A DNA stretch of 64,000 nucleotides from Malacoraja senta (Eukaryota). The notes below the pieces were generated by a model that worked only from the letters and a program-made list of their open reading frames with translations, was not told the DNA's origin and did no database searches. Made by a program: the position numbers and the translations under genes. The first letter of the stretch is position 1; each line of letters starts with the position of its first letter. Where the stretch lies: positions 1 through 64,000 of the forward strand of contig JAXLNO010000214.1 in assembly GCA_038087875.1 (NCBI GenBank), in the 5' to 3' direction. Shown in pieces: positions 36,473-48,645 of the stretch.

Positions 36473-39410
36473 CAATATACCACCCCAATGTAGCGAGAAA
36501 GCATCAATCGCTACTGCACCTGGATCTGGTTCCCATGACACATATCTCGATAGTTGATGATTTAGTCTAGATGCGAATAAGTCGATGTCTGGCATTCCAA
36601 ATCTGATTACTATGTCACTGAATACACCTCGATTTAACATCCATTCTTTATTATCATGGAATTTTCTTGACCTGTTGTCTGCTATAATATTCAATCTACC
36701 TGGTAGATGAATAGCTGAAATCCAAATATTCTTTACGATACACCCAGATTTGATTAGCCCTTTTGTCACATGACACCGACTTGATTCCACCCATATGATT
36801 AATATATGCAACTGCTGTTGTGTTATCAATTTGAATTTGAACATGCAGGTTAGTTGTGTTAGAACAATAAGCTTGGAGTCTATAGAAACCTCCTAAAAGC
36901 TACAAATAGTTAATTCCCCATGTCTGCAGTAACAATGACTCTTCCTGATTCCATCTGCCTCCGCAGCTGGATGCCAAATCAGTTGCACCCCATCCTAGTG
37001 CACTGACATCAGTTTGTAATATCATGGAAGGTTGTTCAATCAGTACTTTGCTGAAACTGCTTGAGACACGTAGAATCCACCACTGCAGATCAGAAACAGC
37101 ATTTGTTGTTAATTGCATGGTTCTATCAAAATGACCAGGATGCATCCTCAGTGCCTATTCTTTAATTCTCTGTAGCTGTTGGTAATGTAATGGTCCATAT
37201 TGTACTGCTGGGAATGCTGCTACTAATTTCCCCAGTACTCTAGCCGCATGTCTGATTGAAGGTTTTTGCTCGTTTAACAGATTACTGCAATCTTCAATCA
37301 ACTCCACCCTTTTTTCTCTGGGCAAAGTAATTTTCATGTGAACTGAATCAATTGTGAACCGTAAATAATCAATTGAGGTGCATGGTATTAACCTTGATTT
37401 CTTTGGATGAATTGGAAACACCAAACTTTCAAAAGTGGATTTCACAACTGAAACAGTTGATTCTGTTGACTCTTTTGTCCTTCCTATAATCAGGACATCA
37501 TCCAAGTATGCCATTAGTACATGCCCCTGGCTTCTCAGCAACCCCAGAATTGGTTTGAACAATTTGGTGAATATTCTGGAAGCTGAAGTTAACCCATTAG
37601 GCAGAGCCTTAAACTGCCATAACTGGTTCATCCGGGTAAATTTTAGATACTTTGTATCTTCCAAATGAACAGACACTGAATAATATGCATCTTTTAGATC
37701 TATAGTTGCCATATAACATGCTTTTGAAATAAGCTGCTTGGCAGTCACAAACGTCTCCATTTTAAAGTGTCTAAATTGAACAAAAGGATTAAGACTTGTC
37801 AAGTCCAAAGTAATCCTACATTCTCCATGCTTTTTAGGTCGAGGAAATATATTTGACACAAATTGGTGAGTTTCATAAACTGATTTTTCAATAACACCTT
37901 TATTATGTAGGTTTTCAAGTTCAGCTTGAACCTCCATCACTTCTTTTTGTGAAAAGTGGAGGATTCTGCTAGGAACATGCTGGATCGGCAAATCATAATT
38001 TGGATTGAATTCAATTCAAACTCCTTGTATAATATTCAGAATTACAGAGTTTGAAGTAATCTGCTTCCAATTTTTATAGAAGAGATTTAATCTGCCTCCA
38101 ACTTTTGGGTGTACTACCGTTAGTCTGTTCCCATGAGAACCAGGTCCACCTACCTCCTTAGTCACTTGAGTGACCTGTGGTCCCTGGATTCTGCCGGGAG
38201 GACCCACGTTGGTTCGTGCTCCCACTACAGGTCGCCAACTACGTCCCTGCGATGATGAGCGACTTGGTCCTGGTCCAGGAGCAGTATGAAGTCTGAAAGG
38301 ACACCTCCTCTTTGCAGACTTGCCAACCATCGATGTTTTCATCAATCCGGCTGTTTTCGCTTCATCCTCCAACTCCTTTACACGTCTCCCGAGATCCTCT
38401 CCAAAGAGTAAGTTGGGTAATTGTATATTACTTGGTTTGCAGAGTGCTGCGAATTTAGGATTGATAGTAGGCCGAATAGCACACTTCCTCAGACATGTAA
38501 TATCGAAGTGGGCGCTACATAGCAACCCCTGTGCCTCCTGATGCAACTCCGTCATCTGCTGGCTTCTATCCGTTATTCTGGCAAAAGCAGTTATTCCAGA
38601 ACCCAGCAGCTTTAATATTCTCTGCAGCTTTACTTCCTGAGCTCTCCTGGTCATGCTCATTTGACTCCAAATCACTTGATTTACTGCTGGTGCTTTCAAC
38701 AACATACAGTTACTTGGAGTTTCATGCATTTTTGCAGTGTCACCCATTTCAAGCTGTTCCAGCTGATGGGATACCAAGTAATTTATTAGGGAGGCCAACT
38801 CCTCTCCCAGAGGCTCTCCTGACCCTGACGGGGCAGCGAATCGTACTGCCAGAGGTGGAATATTCTTCGTTCTTGAACAGCCTCACCGTCAGAGTCAGGG
38901 TCTGAACTCTCATGACCCTGTGCACGCGCCTCATCAATGAGGGTGCATTCCAACAGCCCTTTGCTAAGTGCTGCTGAGCTGGCTTCTGCAGCCTGGCTTT
39001 TGCTTTCCATTTGGGAGATCCACTCAAAAGCGGAATGCAGCCCTGGAGTTACCTCCATCTCCTTGGACTCCTCCTCCGTGGGCCGTATGGACTTGAATTT
39101 TGCCTTGCGCCCCACTGGCGCTGACTGCGCTCTTTTTAGCCCCAAGTCCACAGTCTCTACGCTCTCCGCTGGCGACTGTACAGGGATCAGAGACGGCTGG
39201 TCGCCGACCGCAATATCGCGACTTTCTAACGACTGTGCCGCTCGACTCTTCCCCTTGCCCGTTTTTTCCATGGTGCCTGTGGAAAAAATCCCCAACAGAC
39301 CCACAACAAACGGACACGGAAATATCGAAAAAAGTTTTTACTTACATTGTAGTCTACAACTACATTTCCACTAGAGGAACGTGGTCCTCACGTCCGTTCG
39401 TGCCAATGCG
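36473..39410 (-). mobile_element. DIRS-like tyrosine-recombinase retrotransposon, 3'-truncated (gag-like ORF, RT, RNase H, start of methyltransferase; no YR)
   Basis: VGGRL..F..NW..IT, HFKMET, IDLKDAYYSV, LPNGLTSA, AYLDDVLI, QTDVSALGWG, HLPGRLNIIAD..SR, DIDLFASRLN...W.PDP.A..DAF...W. Confidence 0.9.
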
Positions 39411-39412
39411 TC

Positions 39413-40005
39413 TAATGTATCTATAAGATCCCCTCTAATCCTTCCAAATGCCAGTTGATATAAGCAGTTGATCAATGCTTTCATCATATGTCAGTCGCGC
39501 CATCCCTGGAATTAAGCTGGTGAACCTGCGCTGCATTCCCTCTATAGCAATAATGTTCTTACTCAAATTAGGGAGACCAAAACTGCACACAATACTCCAG
39601 GTGTGGTCTCACCAGTGCCCTGTACAACTGCAGTTGGACCTCCTTGCTCCTATCCTGAAAGCCTCTTGCTATGAAGGCCAACATTCCATTAGCTTTCTTC
39701 ACTGCCTGCTGTATCTGCCTTCTTGTTCTTACCACCAAAGTGGATAACCTCACATTTATCCACATTATACTGAATCTTTCAAGCATCTGCCCACTCACCC
39801 AACCTATCCGTCAACCTGCAGCCTCATAGCATCCTCCTCGCTGCACACACTGCCACCCAGCGTTGTGCCATATACAAACGGAGATGTTACATTTAATTCC
39901 TTTGACTACATTCTTAATATCTATTGTCAATAACTGGGGTCCCAGCACTGAGCCTTGCGGCACTCCGCTGGTCACTGCCTGCCATTATGAAAAGTATCCA
40001 ATGTC
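39413..40005 (-). mobile_element. CR1 LINE ORF2 fragments with internal deletions
   Basis: QQAVKKANGMLAFIARG...[30 protein letters not shown]. Confidence 0.88.
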
Positions 40006-40084
40006 CTGTGTCCGCTCACATCTGGCACCAGATAGGCACCAAATCGTACTGTAGTCTCGCCCATGGCCGCAGAAAAAGCAGTCC

Positions 40085-40625
40085 CCATCACTATTTGAGC
40101 AATTTTGGACACCATATCTGAGGAACGATAGGATGGTTCTGGAGAGGGTCCAGAGGAGGTTTACAAGAATGATCCCAGGAATGAGTAGGTTAACCTATGA
40201 TGAGCGTTTGTCAGCACTGGGCCTGTACTCGCTGGAGTTTAGAAGAATGAGGCGGGACCTCATTGAAACGTACAGAATAGTGAAAGGCTTTGATAGAGTG
40301 GATGTGAAGTAGATGTTTCCACTAGTGGTTGAGTCGAGGACTAGAGGGCGTGGCCTCAGAATTAAAGGATGTTCATGTTGGAAGGAGAGGAGGAGGAATT
40401 TCTTTAGTCAAGAGGGAGGTGAATCTGTGGAATTATTTGCCACAGACGGCTGTTTGACGGCAGAGGTCGATAGATTATTGATTAGTACGGGTGTCAGGGG
40501 GTATGGGGAGAAGGCAGGAGAATCGGGTTAGGAGAGAGAGATAGATCAGCAATGTTTGAGTGGCAGAGAAGTCGATGGGCCGAATTGCCTAATTCTGCTC
40601 CTATCAATGATGACCTTATGACCAG
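40085..40625 (+). mobile_element. CR1 LINE 3' end fragment
   Basis: gagagggtccagaggaggtttacaagaatgatcccagg...gatgggccgaattgcctaattctgctcctat. Confidence 0.85.
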
Positions 40626-40879
40626 ACGCCCCTCACTGCCCTCCTCTTCTCGCAATCTTCCCTCCACCTCTGTCTCTATCTCTCCACCTCCACCTCCCCT
40701 CTCCCTCAAAACCCCCTCCTCTTTCGCCCCACTCCTCCCCCTCTCCACACACTCCCCCTCTCTATCCCCACACCCCTCCCCCTCTCCCCACGCTCCTCCC
40801 CTCTCTCCCTTCATTCCACCACAACTCTCTTCCCACTCCCCCTCTCTATCCCCACACTCCCCCACCTCCCCTGCTGTCC

Positions 40880-41030
40880 AACAGAGCCAGAATAGGTCTC
40901 CCTGTCCAGACTGCTGCTGCAATATTCCCCCGAGGGGCCGTCACCCCAATAGTATGCAGAAGGCAGTGCTTGTAGGAGAGGGGGAGAGCCACAGAGAGTC
41001 CTGCACTACCCGCTGCCTCTTCTGACGGTA
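40880..41030 (-). mobile_element. CR1 ORF1 fragment
   Basis: Reverse complement resembles 48645-48750 (gtagtgcagga...atact.ttggg...gcagcagc). Confidence 0.55.
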
Positions 41031-41710
41031 CACAGACATGGCGCCGACAGACAAGAAGCCGATACAAAGAAGGGGAAGCCAAATAGCCTAATGGAAACGA
41101 GGCCGAAACGGCAATAAAACGAACGCAGCGTACGAAGCTGAAACGCCAACTAACCAAAAGGGCGGGACGCCTCAACGCCAACTGAGCGAAAAGATGCGTC
41201 GCCTAAAAACAAACTTACCGAATGGCCGCTCTGTCGAAGCGCCACATACCCGAAAGTTGGCGTCGCCTACAGGCCAACGGACCGACTGCCGCTCAACAGA
41301 AATGTCCAATAACGTACATGACGTTGCCGGGGGGCGGGACTTGTCAGCGATTGGTCCAGACCGCCTGCGTCCATCACATCACTGTGCAGGGATGAACATT
41401 ATCCAAAACCTCCGCTCCACCCGACCCACAGAGGGTGGCTGTGGGAGCGGTGGGGTCATTTTCCCACACATGCCATAGGTAACTGGGCAATCTGAACCCA
41501 AGCACCAAGTTGTAAGCTGCCGAAGGAGCGCATCGCTCGGGACAGCCCCCACACTCCCACGGCCACCCTCCGCCTCGTCTCCCCCGGGTTGCCGCACTGT
41601 GACGGGCTGTAGTTCGGGTGGAGCAGAGGTGTGTGGCAGGCTGGTCCCTCCGCCCACCCAGAGTCACTGACCGCGATTCACGGCCATCGGACACCAACCC
41701 CCCCCCACTG

Positions 41711-41938
41711 CCCCCCGGACCCTGACCCACACCGGGTGATTCACCCCCACCCCCCACCCCCGACCCCCGGGCCCTGACACCCACACCGGGTGATTCACCC
41801 CCAACCCCAACGACCCCCAGACCCTCACACCCACACCGGGTGATTCACCCTAACCCACCCCCTGACCCCCGGACCCTGACACCCACACAGGTTGATTCAC
41901 ACCCACACCCGAACCCCGGACCCTGACACCCACACCGG
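41711..41938. repeat. ~50-54-bp minisatellite, ~4.5 copies
   Basis: ggaccctgacacccacaccgggtgattcaccc repeated; tgattcac at ~41737, 41791, 41841, 41893. Confidence 0.9.
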
Positions 41939-42059
41939 CCGCGGGGACAGACAGCTCGTTTAAAACATGGGGACACACATTCCCTGGCGGGCCGATGACA
42001 AGTGTGCATGACAACGAACACTTTTATCTCCTCCACCCCTCCCCGTTGACAACAAGAAA

Positions 42060-42122
42060 CAGGTTTTATTTATAATGTACCAGGGCCCCATCCCCGACCT
42101 CTACCTCCGCTACATCGATGAG
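42060..42122 (+). mobile_element. Tiny Penelope-like RT fragment
   Basis: tac cag ggc ccc atc ccc gac ctc tac ctc cgc tac atc gat ga = YQGPIPDLYLRYID(D), typical of the PLE RT catalytic motif. Confidence 0.55.
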
Positions 42123-45100
42123 GAAGGGCAGGGGAGGGGGAGGTGGAGGGGGTGAGGAGGGGAGGGGGAGGGGAGAGGAAGGGCAGTAAGGTTGGTAGAG
42201 GAGGGGGTTAAGGAGGGGGAGTGGTGGGAGAGAGGAGCGGGAAGAGGAAGGGGAGAGGAGGGTGTGAGGAGGGGGAGAAATGGGGGATGAGGAAGGGGAG
42301 AGGAGGTGGAGAAAAAGGAGAGAGGAGAAGGAAGAGGCGGCGGAAGAGGTGGGGGAGAGGATGGGGAGAGAAGGTGAGAGAGGCGGGAGGGGGAGGGGAG
42401 AGGAAGGGGAGAGGAAGGGGCAGAGGAGGGGGAAAAGAGGGGGTGAGGACGGGAGAGGAGGGGGAAGAGGAGGAGGAGAGGAGGGGGTTAGGAGGGGGGA
42501 CGGGACGGGAATGGAGGGGGGAGAGGAGAAGGGATAGGAGCGGGGGAGAGGTGGGAGAGGAGGGGGAGAGGAGGGGATGGAGGGGAAAGCGGAGGGGAAT
42601 TGGAGGGGGAAGAGGAGGGGAATGGAGGGGGGAGAGGGAGGGTGTGAGGAGGTGGAGAGGAGTGGAGGGGGAGTGGAAGGGGGAGAGGAGGGGAATGGAG
42701 GGGGAAGAGGAGGGGGGAGGAGGGGGAGAGGAGGGGGGAGGAGGGGGAGAGGAGGGGGGAGAGGAGTGAGGAGAGAAGGGGGGAGAGATGGGGGGAGAGG
42801 AGGGGGGGAGAAGAGGGGGGGAGAAGAGGGGGGGAGAGGAGGGGGGAGAGGAGTGGGGAGAGGAGGGGGGAGAGGAGTGTGGAGAGGAGTGGGTAGAGGA
42901 GGGGGTGATGAGGGGGGAGAAGGAGAAGAGGAGAGGAGCGGGGAGAGGAGGGGGGAGTGGAGGGGGGAGAGGAGGGGAGAGGAGGAGGAAGAGGAGGGGG
43001 AGAGGAGGGGGTTGAGTAGGGGGGAGAGGAGGGGGTGAGAGGAGGGAGAGGAGGGGGGTGAGGAGGGGGAGAGGAGGGGGAGAGGGGGAGGAGGGGGAGA
43101 GGAAGAGGAGAGGAGGGGGGTGAGGAGGGGGAGAGGAGGGGAGAGGAGGGGGGAGAGGAGGGGGAGAGGAAGGGGAGAGGAGTGGCGGAGAGGAGGGGTG
43201 TGAGGAGGGGGAGAGATGGGGAGAGGAGGAGGGGAGAGGAGTGGGGTGAGAGGAGGGGGAGAGGAGGGGGGAGAGGAGGCAAAGAGGAAGGGGAGAGGAG
43301 GAGGGGAGAGGAGTGGGGGAGAGTAGGGGGAGAGGTGGGGGACAGGAAGGGGAGAGGAGGAGGGAGGGGAGTGGGGGAGAGGAGGGGGGAGAGGAGGGGG
43401 GAGAGGAGGGGGTGAGGAAGGGGATGAGGGAGGAGGGGAGTGGGTGGGGGAGAGGAGGGGGAGAGGAGGGGGAGAGGGTGGGGAGAGGAAGGGGAGAGAA
43501 GAGGGGAGAGGAAGGGTGAGAGGAAGGAGAGGACGTGGTGGGGAGAGGATGCGGGATGGGGAGGAAGGAGGAAGGGGGAGAGGAAGTGGAATGGGGGGGG
43601 AGGAGGGCGACAGTCAATGGGAGCGTCAGAGGGAATGATGAATGATGGATGGAGGGTGGGGTGATGGGAAGGCATGGGTGGGAGTAAGATGGTGAACGGG
43701 AGTGTGAGGGGGCTGGGAAGGGTGAGGGGGAAGGGGGCAGAGGGAACGAGCGGTGAGGGTTGGAGAGGGGGAGGCAGCAATATTAGGTGAGTGCAGGGAG
43801 GTGAAAGGGGAAAGAGAGGTGAGGGAAGGTCAGAGGTGGTGAGGAATGAGAGGGAGATGACGGGAGAGTGGGATGAGGAAGGAGGAGCGATCGAGGGAGG
43901 GGAATGTGTAGGGGGGAGATGAGGTGGTAGATGAGGGAGAGGAAGGGAGTGAGGAGGGAGAGAGGCAGGGAGTGGAAGGGGTGAGTGGGGAGAGAGGGGC
44001 AGAGAGGAGGGGAGAGAGGAGGGGAGAGAGGAGGGGAGAGTGGACGGAGAGAGGGGAGAGAGGGGGAGGAGATGGAGAGAGGAGGGGAGCGGATGTGGAG
44101 CAGGGGAGAGGGACGAGAGCGGAGGGGAGAGAAGAGGGGGAGAGGACGGGGAGAGAGGAAGGGGGAGATGTGTGAGAGAGGAAGGGGAAAGGAGGGGGAG
44201 AGGAGGGGAAGGGAGGAAGGGAGAGAGGAGGTGGGAGTGGGGTGAGGAGGGAGGAGGAAGGGGTAGAGGGAGGGATAAAGGAATGGGAGAGGAAGGGGAA
44301 GAGGAAGTGAGATGGGGAGAGGAACGCGAAGGGGGAGAGGAAAGGGGAAGATGTAAAAGTGGGAGGAGGAGGTGAGGAAGGGCGTCGAAGGAGTAGAAGG
44401 GGAGAAGAGGGAGGGAAGGGGAACATGAAATGGTGGAGGGGGAGCGATGGTGAGGAAGGGGGGAGAGAGTGAGAGGGAAAGAATGGGAGGGGGAGGGGGT
44501 GAGGATGGGGAAGAGGGAGGGGAGCAAGGGGAAGGTGTGATGTGGTGGGGGGATGGAGGCTGGAGGTGGGGGGGGAGGGCTGAGGAAGGTGAGGGGCCGG
44601 GAGATGAAGGGCGAGAGGGGGAGAAGATGGGAAGGGTAAGGGGAGGGGGAGTGGGGGAGAATGGGGAAAGGGGAGCAAGGGGAGGGGCGAGATGAAGGGG
44701 GAGGTAAGAGGAAGGTCGATGGGGTGAGAGGAAGCGGTAGGCGAGGAGGAAGGGGGAGGCGAGGACGAAAATGGTGGGGATGAGGAAGGTGGTGAGGAAG
44801 GTGAGGGAGGGGGAAGTGGGGAAAGGGGTGGGCGGGGTGAGAGTGGGGAGGGAGAGGGGGGGGTGGAAGAAGGGGAGGGGGTGAATAAGGGTGGAAGTGG
44901 GAATGAGGAAGGCGGGGAGGGGGAGATGGGCGAGAGAGGGGGTGGAAGTGGAGGGGAAGGGAGGAAGTTGATGAGGGGCAAGGAGACAGGGGAGTGAGAA
45001 TGGAGATAAGGAGGACGGGGTGAGAAAGGGGGAGGGTGTGGAAGGGGAAGCAGAAGGGAGGAGTGGAAGGGGGAGAGGGAATAGTAGGAAAGCGAGAGTG

Positions 45101-45298
45101 GGGAGGAAGGGGAGGGGAAGAGGAAGGCGAGGGGGGTAAATGGGGGGAGGGGAGGAATGGGGAGGGGTGAGAGGTATGGAAGGTTGATGGAGGGGCAGAG
45201 GAAGGGGTGGAGGGTAGTCGAAGGGAGCGCCAGAGGGCGTGGCGTGGGAGGGAGGGGGAGAGGGGGGGAAGGGAGGAAGGGAGAAGGGAGGAAGGGAG
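42122..45298. repeat. 3.2-kb polypurine G/A-rich low-complexity tract
   Basis: Almost only G/A on the + strand; quasi-unit ggggagagga. Confidence 0.95.
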
Positions 45299-45691
45299 TC
45301 ACACACAGTCAAGATGTTAAGCCAAGATGGTTCTGCTTGTCATCCAGCGAGAAGAAGACAGAGTAATGACAAAGAGATGGCCCACGATGGAAGGGAAGGT
45401 GGGCTGTCGATGACTGGTCAGCTCGGGCCTTGTATACCATCCCAAGAATGGACACCACATTCTTGACAGGGCCAAGGAGAGTTTGTAATAGGATCACTTC
45501 TCCATCCGTTTCTCACCACGGATGGCTGACATGCTCAGTTCTACCGGCACTTTGGAGGGGAATGGACAGGCAACATATCGGGTCTGGACCCTTCTTTGGA
45601 CTGCTGGAGTCGGGGGAGAAAGCTAGAAAAAAGAGATGTGGTTGGGACAGAATCCAGGACTTGATTAGGAGGGGGGAGTATCCTTAATTTG

Positions 45692-45880
45692 GGGACTTCA
45701 ATGTTCATGTCATTGGGCTGTAAGCTATGAGGTGCTGTTCCTCCAGTTTGTGTGTCACCTCACTCTGGCAATGGAGGGGGCCCAAGACAGAAACATCAGT
45801 GTGGGAGTGGGAAGGGGAGTTAAAATGAATGGCAACCGGGAGATCCAGCTGGCCTTGGAGGACCGAGTGCAAGTGTAGGG
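45692..45880 (-). mobile_element. Penelope-like element GIY-YIG endonuclease C-terminal fragment
   Basis: LDLPVAIHFNSPSHSHTDVSVLG.LHCQSE..HKLEEQHLI...QP..MNIE. Confidence 0.8.
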
Positions 45881-45904
45881 TGAAGTGCACGCCTAGTCCT
45901 GATA

Positions 45905-47690
45905 CATTAGACATTAGACAAGACAATAAGTTCAGGAGTAGGCCATTCGGCCCTTCGAACCAGCACCACCATTCAATGTGACCATGGCTGATCATCCACA
46001 ATCAGTACCCCATTCCGGCCTTCTCCCCACATCCCTTGACTCTGCTATCATTAAGACCCCTATCTAGCTCTCGCTTGAAAGTATCCAGAGAACCGGCCTC
46101 CACCACCCTGTGAGGCAGAGAATTCCATAGACTCACAACTCACTGCGTGAAAAAGTGTTTCCTCATCTCTGTTCTAAATGGCTTAGCCCTTATTCTTAAA
46201 CTGTGTGTGACCCCTGGTTCTGGACTCCCCCAACATCGGGAACATGTTTCCTGCCTCTAGCGTGTCAAAAACCTTAATAATCCTATATGTTTCAAAAAGG
46301 TCCCCTCATCCTTCTAAACTCCAGAGTGTACAAGCCCAGCCGCTCCATTCTCTCAGCATATGGCAATCCGGTCATCCTGGGAATTAAACTGGTGACCAAA
46401 ACTGAACACATCACTCCAGGTCTGGTCTCACCAGGGCCCTGTACAACTGCAGAAGGACCTCTTTGCTCCGATACTCAACTGCTCTTGTTATGAAGACCAA
46501 CATGCCATTCGCTTTCTTCACTGCCTGCTGTACCTGCCTTCACCTGCCTTCTTACCTTCAGTCACTGATGAACAAGGACCCCCAGATCCCGTTGTACTTC
46601 CGCTTTTCCCACCATTTAGATAATAATCTGCCTTCCTGTTTCTGCTACCAACGTGGATAACCTCACATGTATCCACATTAAACTGCATCTGCCATGCATC
46701 TGCCCACGCACCCAACCAGTCCAAATCCCCCTGCATTCTCATAGCATCCTCCTCACAGTTCACACTACCACCCAGCTTTGTGTCATCTGCAAATTTGCTA
46801 ATGTTACTTTTAAATCTCTTCATTGATGTATATGGTAAATAGCTGCGGTCCCAGCACCGAGTCTTGCGGCACCCCACTAGTCACTGCCTGCCATTCTGAA
46901 AGGGACCCGTTAATCCCTACTTTGTTTCCTGTCAGCCAACCACTTCTCTATCCATGTCAGCACTCTACCCGCAATACCCCATGCCCTAATTTTGCCCACT
47001 AATCTCTTATGTGGGACCTTATCAAATGCGTTCTGAGTCCTGGTACACCACATCCACTAGCTCTCCCTTGTCCATTTTCCTAGTTACATCCTCAAAAAAT
47101 TCAAGAGGATTACTCAAGCATGATTTCCCCTTCGTAAATCCATGCCGACTCGGACCGATCCTGTTACTGTTATCCAAATGTGCCGCTATTTCATCTTTTA
47201 TAATTGACTCCAGCATCTTCCCCACCACCGATGTCAGGCTAACTGGACTATCATTCCCTGTTTTCTCTCTCCCGCCTTTCTTAAAAAGTGGGAATAACAT
47301 TAGCTACCCTCCAATCCACAGCAACTGATCCTGAATCTATAGAACACTGGAAAATGATCACCAATGCGTCCACGGTTTCTAGAGCCACTTCCTTAAATAC
47401 CCTGGGATGCAGACTATCAGGCCCTGGGGATTTATCGGCCTTCATTCCCATCAGTTTATCCAACACTATTTCCTGCCTAATGTGGATCTCCTTCAGTTCC
47501 TCCGTCACCCCAGATCCTCTGGCCACTAGTACATCAGGAAGATTGTTTGTGTCCTCCTTAGTGAAGACGGATCCAAAGTACCTGCTCAACCCATCTGCCA
47601 TTTCCTTGTTCCCCATAATAAATTCACCTTTTTCAGACTTCAAGAGTCCAACTTTGATCTTGACTAATGTTTTCCTCTTCACATACGTAA
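45905..47690 (-). mobile_element. CR1 LINE, 5'-truncated with internal deletions
   Basis: [48 protein letters not shown]; 3' UTR with (ttgtct/aatgtct) tail. Confidence 0.92.
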
Positions 47691-48645
47691 AGAAGGAACA
47701 GTAGATGCCGGTTTACAAGGTTACACACAATCTCCTGGAGTAACGCACGTCTGGAGAGCATGGACAGGCAACATTCTAGGTCAGGACCCTTCTTCAGACT
47801 GCTTGGTGTGGGGGTGGAGAAAGTTGGAAAGGAGAGGTGGGAGTGGTCGCCTTAGATTCCCTTCCCTCTACAGATGCGGCCTGACCCACTGAGTTCCTCC
47901 ACCGCTTTAGAGGGAATGGACAGGCGACGTTTTGAGTCACGACCCTTCTTCAGACTGAGTGGGTGGGGGGAGGCAGCTGGAAAGAGAGAGATGGGGGCTG
48001 GATAAAGCCTGGCAAGTGATAGGTGGACACAAAATGCTGGAGTAACTCAGCGGGACAGGCAGCATCTCTAGGGAGAAGGAATGGGTGACTTTTCAAGTTG
48101 AGATACTTCTTCAGAAGTGATAGGTGGATATAGGTGAGGGAGACACAATATACTGCAGATGCTGGAATCTTGCATAGAACACAATTTAGTTATATGCACA
48201 GAATCTCTTGCCCAGAGTGGGGGAATCGAGACCACAGGACATGGGTTCAAGGTGAAGGGGAAAAGATTTAAAACGAAAGTGAGGGTGGTGGGAGTATGGA
48301 ACAAACTTTCAGAGGAGGTAGTTGAGGCTGCGACTATCCCAAGAAACAGTTAGACAGTTAGACAAGTTTGGAGGGATATGGACCAAACACAGGCAGTTGG
48401 GACTAGTGTAGCTGACACATGTTGGTCGGTGTGGGCAAGTTGGGCCGAAGGGCATGTTTCCACACTGTATCACTCGATGACTAACACAAAGTGATGGAGT
48501 AACTCAGCGGGTCAGGCAGCATCTGTGGAGAACATGGATAGGTGACATTCACAGAGTGCTGGAGTATCTCAGCGGGTCAGGCAGCATCTCTGGAGTACAT
48601 GGATAGGTGACATTTCAGAGGGCTGGAGTAACTCAGCAGGACAGG
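47690..48645. mobile_element. Cluster of Penelope-pLTR-derived fragments with a CR1 3' piece
   Basis: Repeated gaccc.ttcttcagact and ggagtaactcagcggg.caggcagcatct motifs; ~65-bp tandem copies at 48495/48560/48624. Confidence 0.65.

Noticed and set aside
39352..39372. actacatttcc resembling a ZNF143-associated motif or snRNA promoter
   Set aside because: Isolated partial match at the DIRS 5' end; no snRNA or tRNA gene recognised nearby.
45300..45500. Unique stretch that might be a host exon (also 41392-41690)
   Set aside because: No recognisable peptide or convincing splice-site pair in the frames examined.
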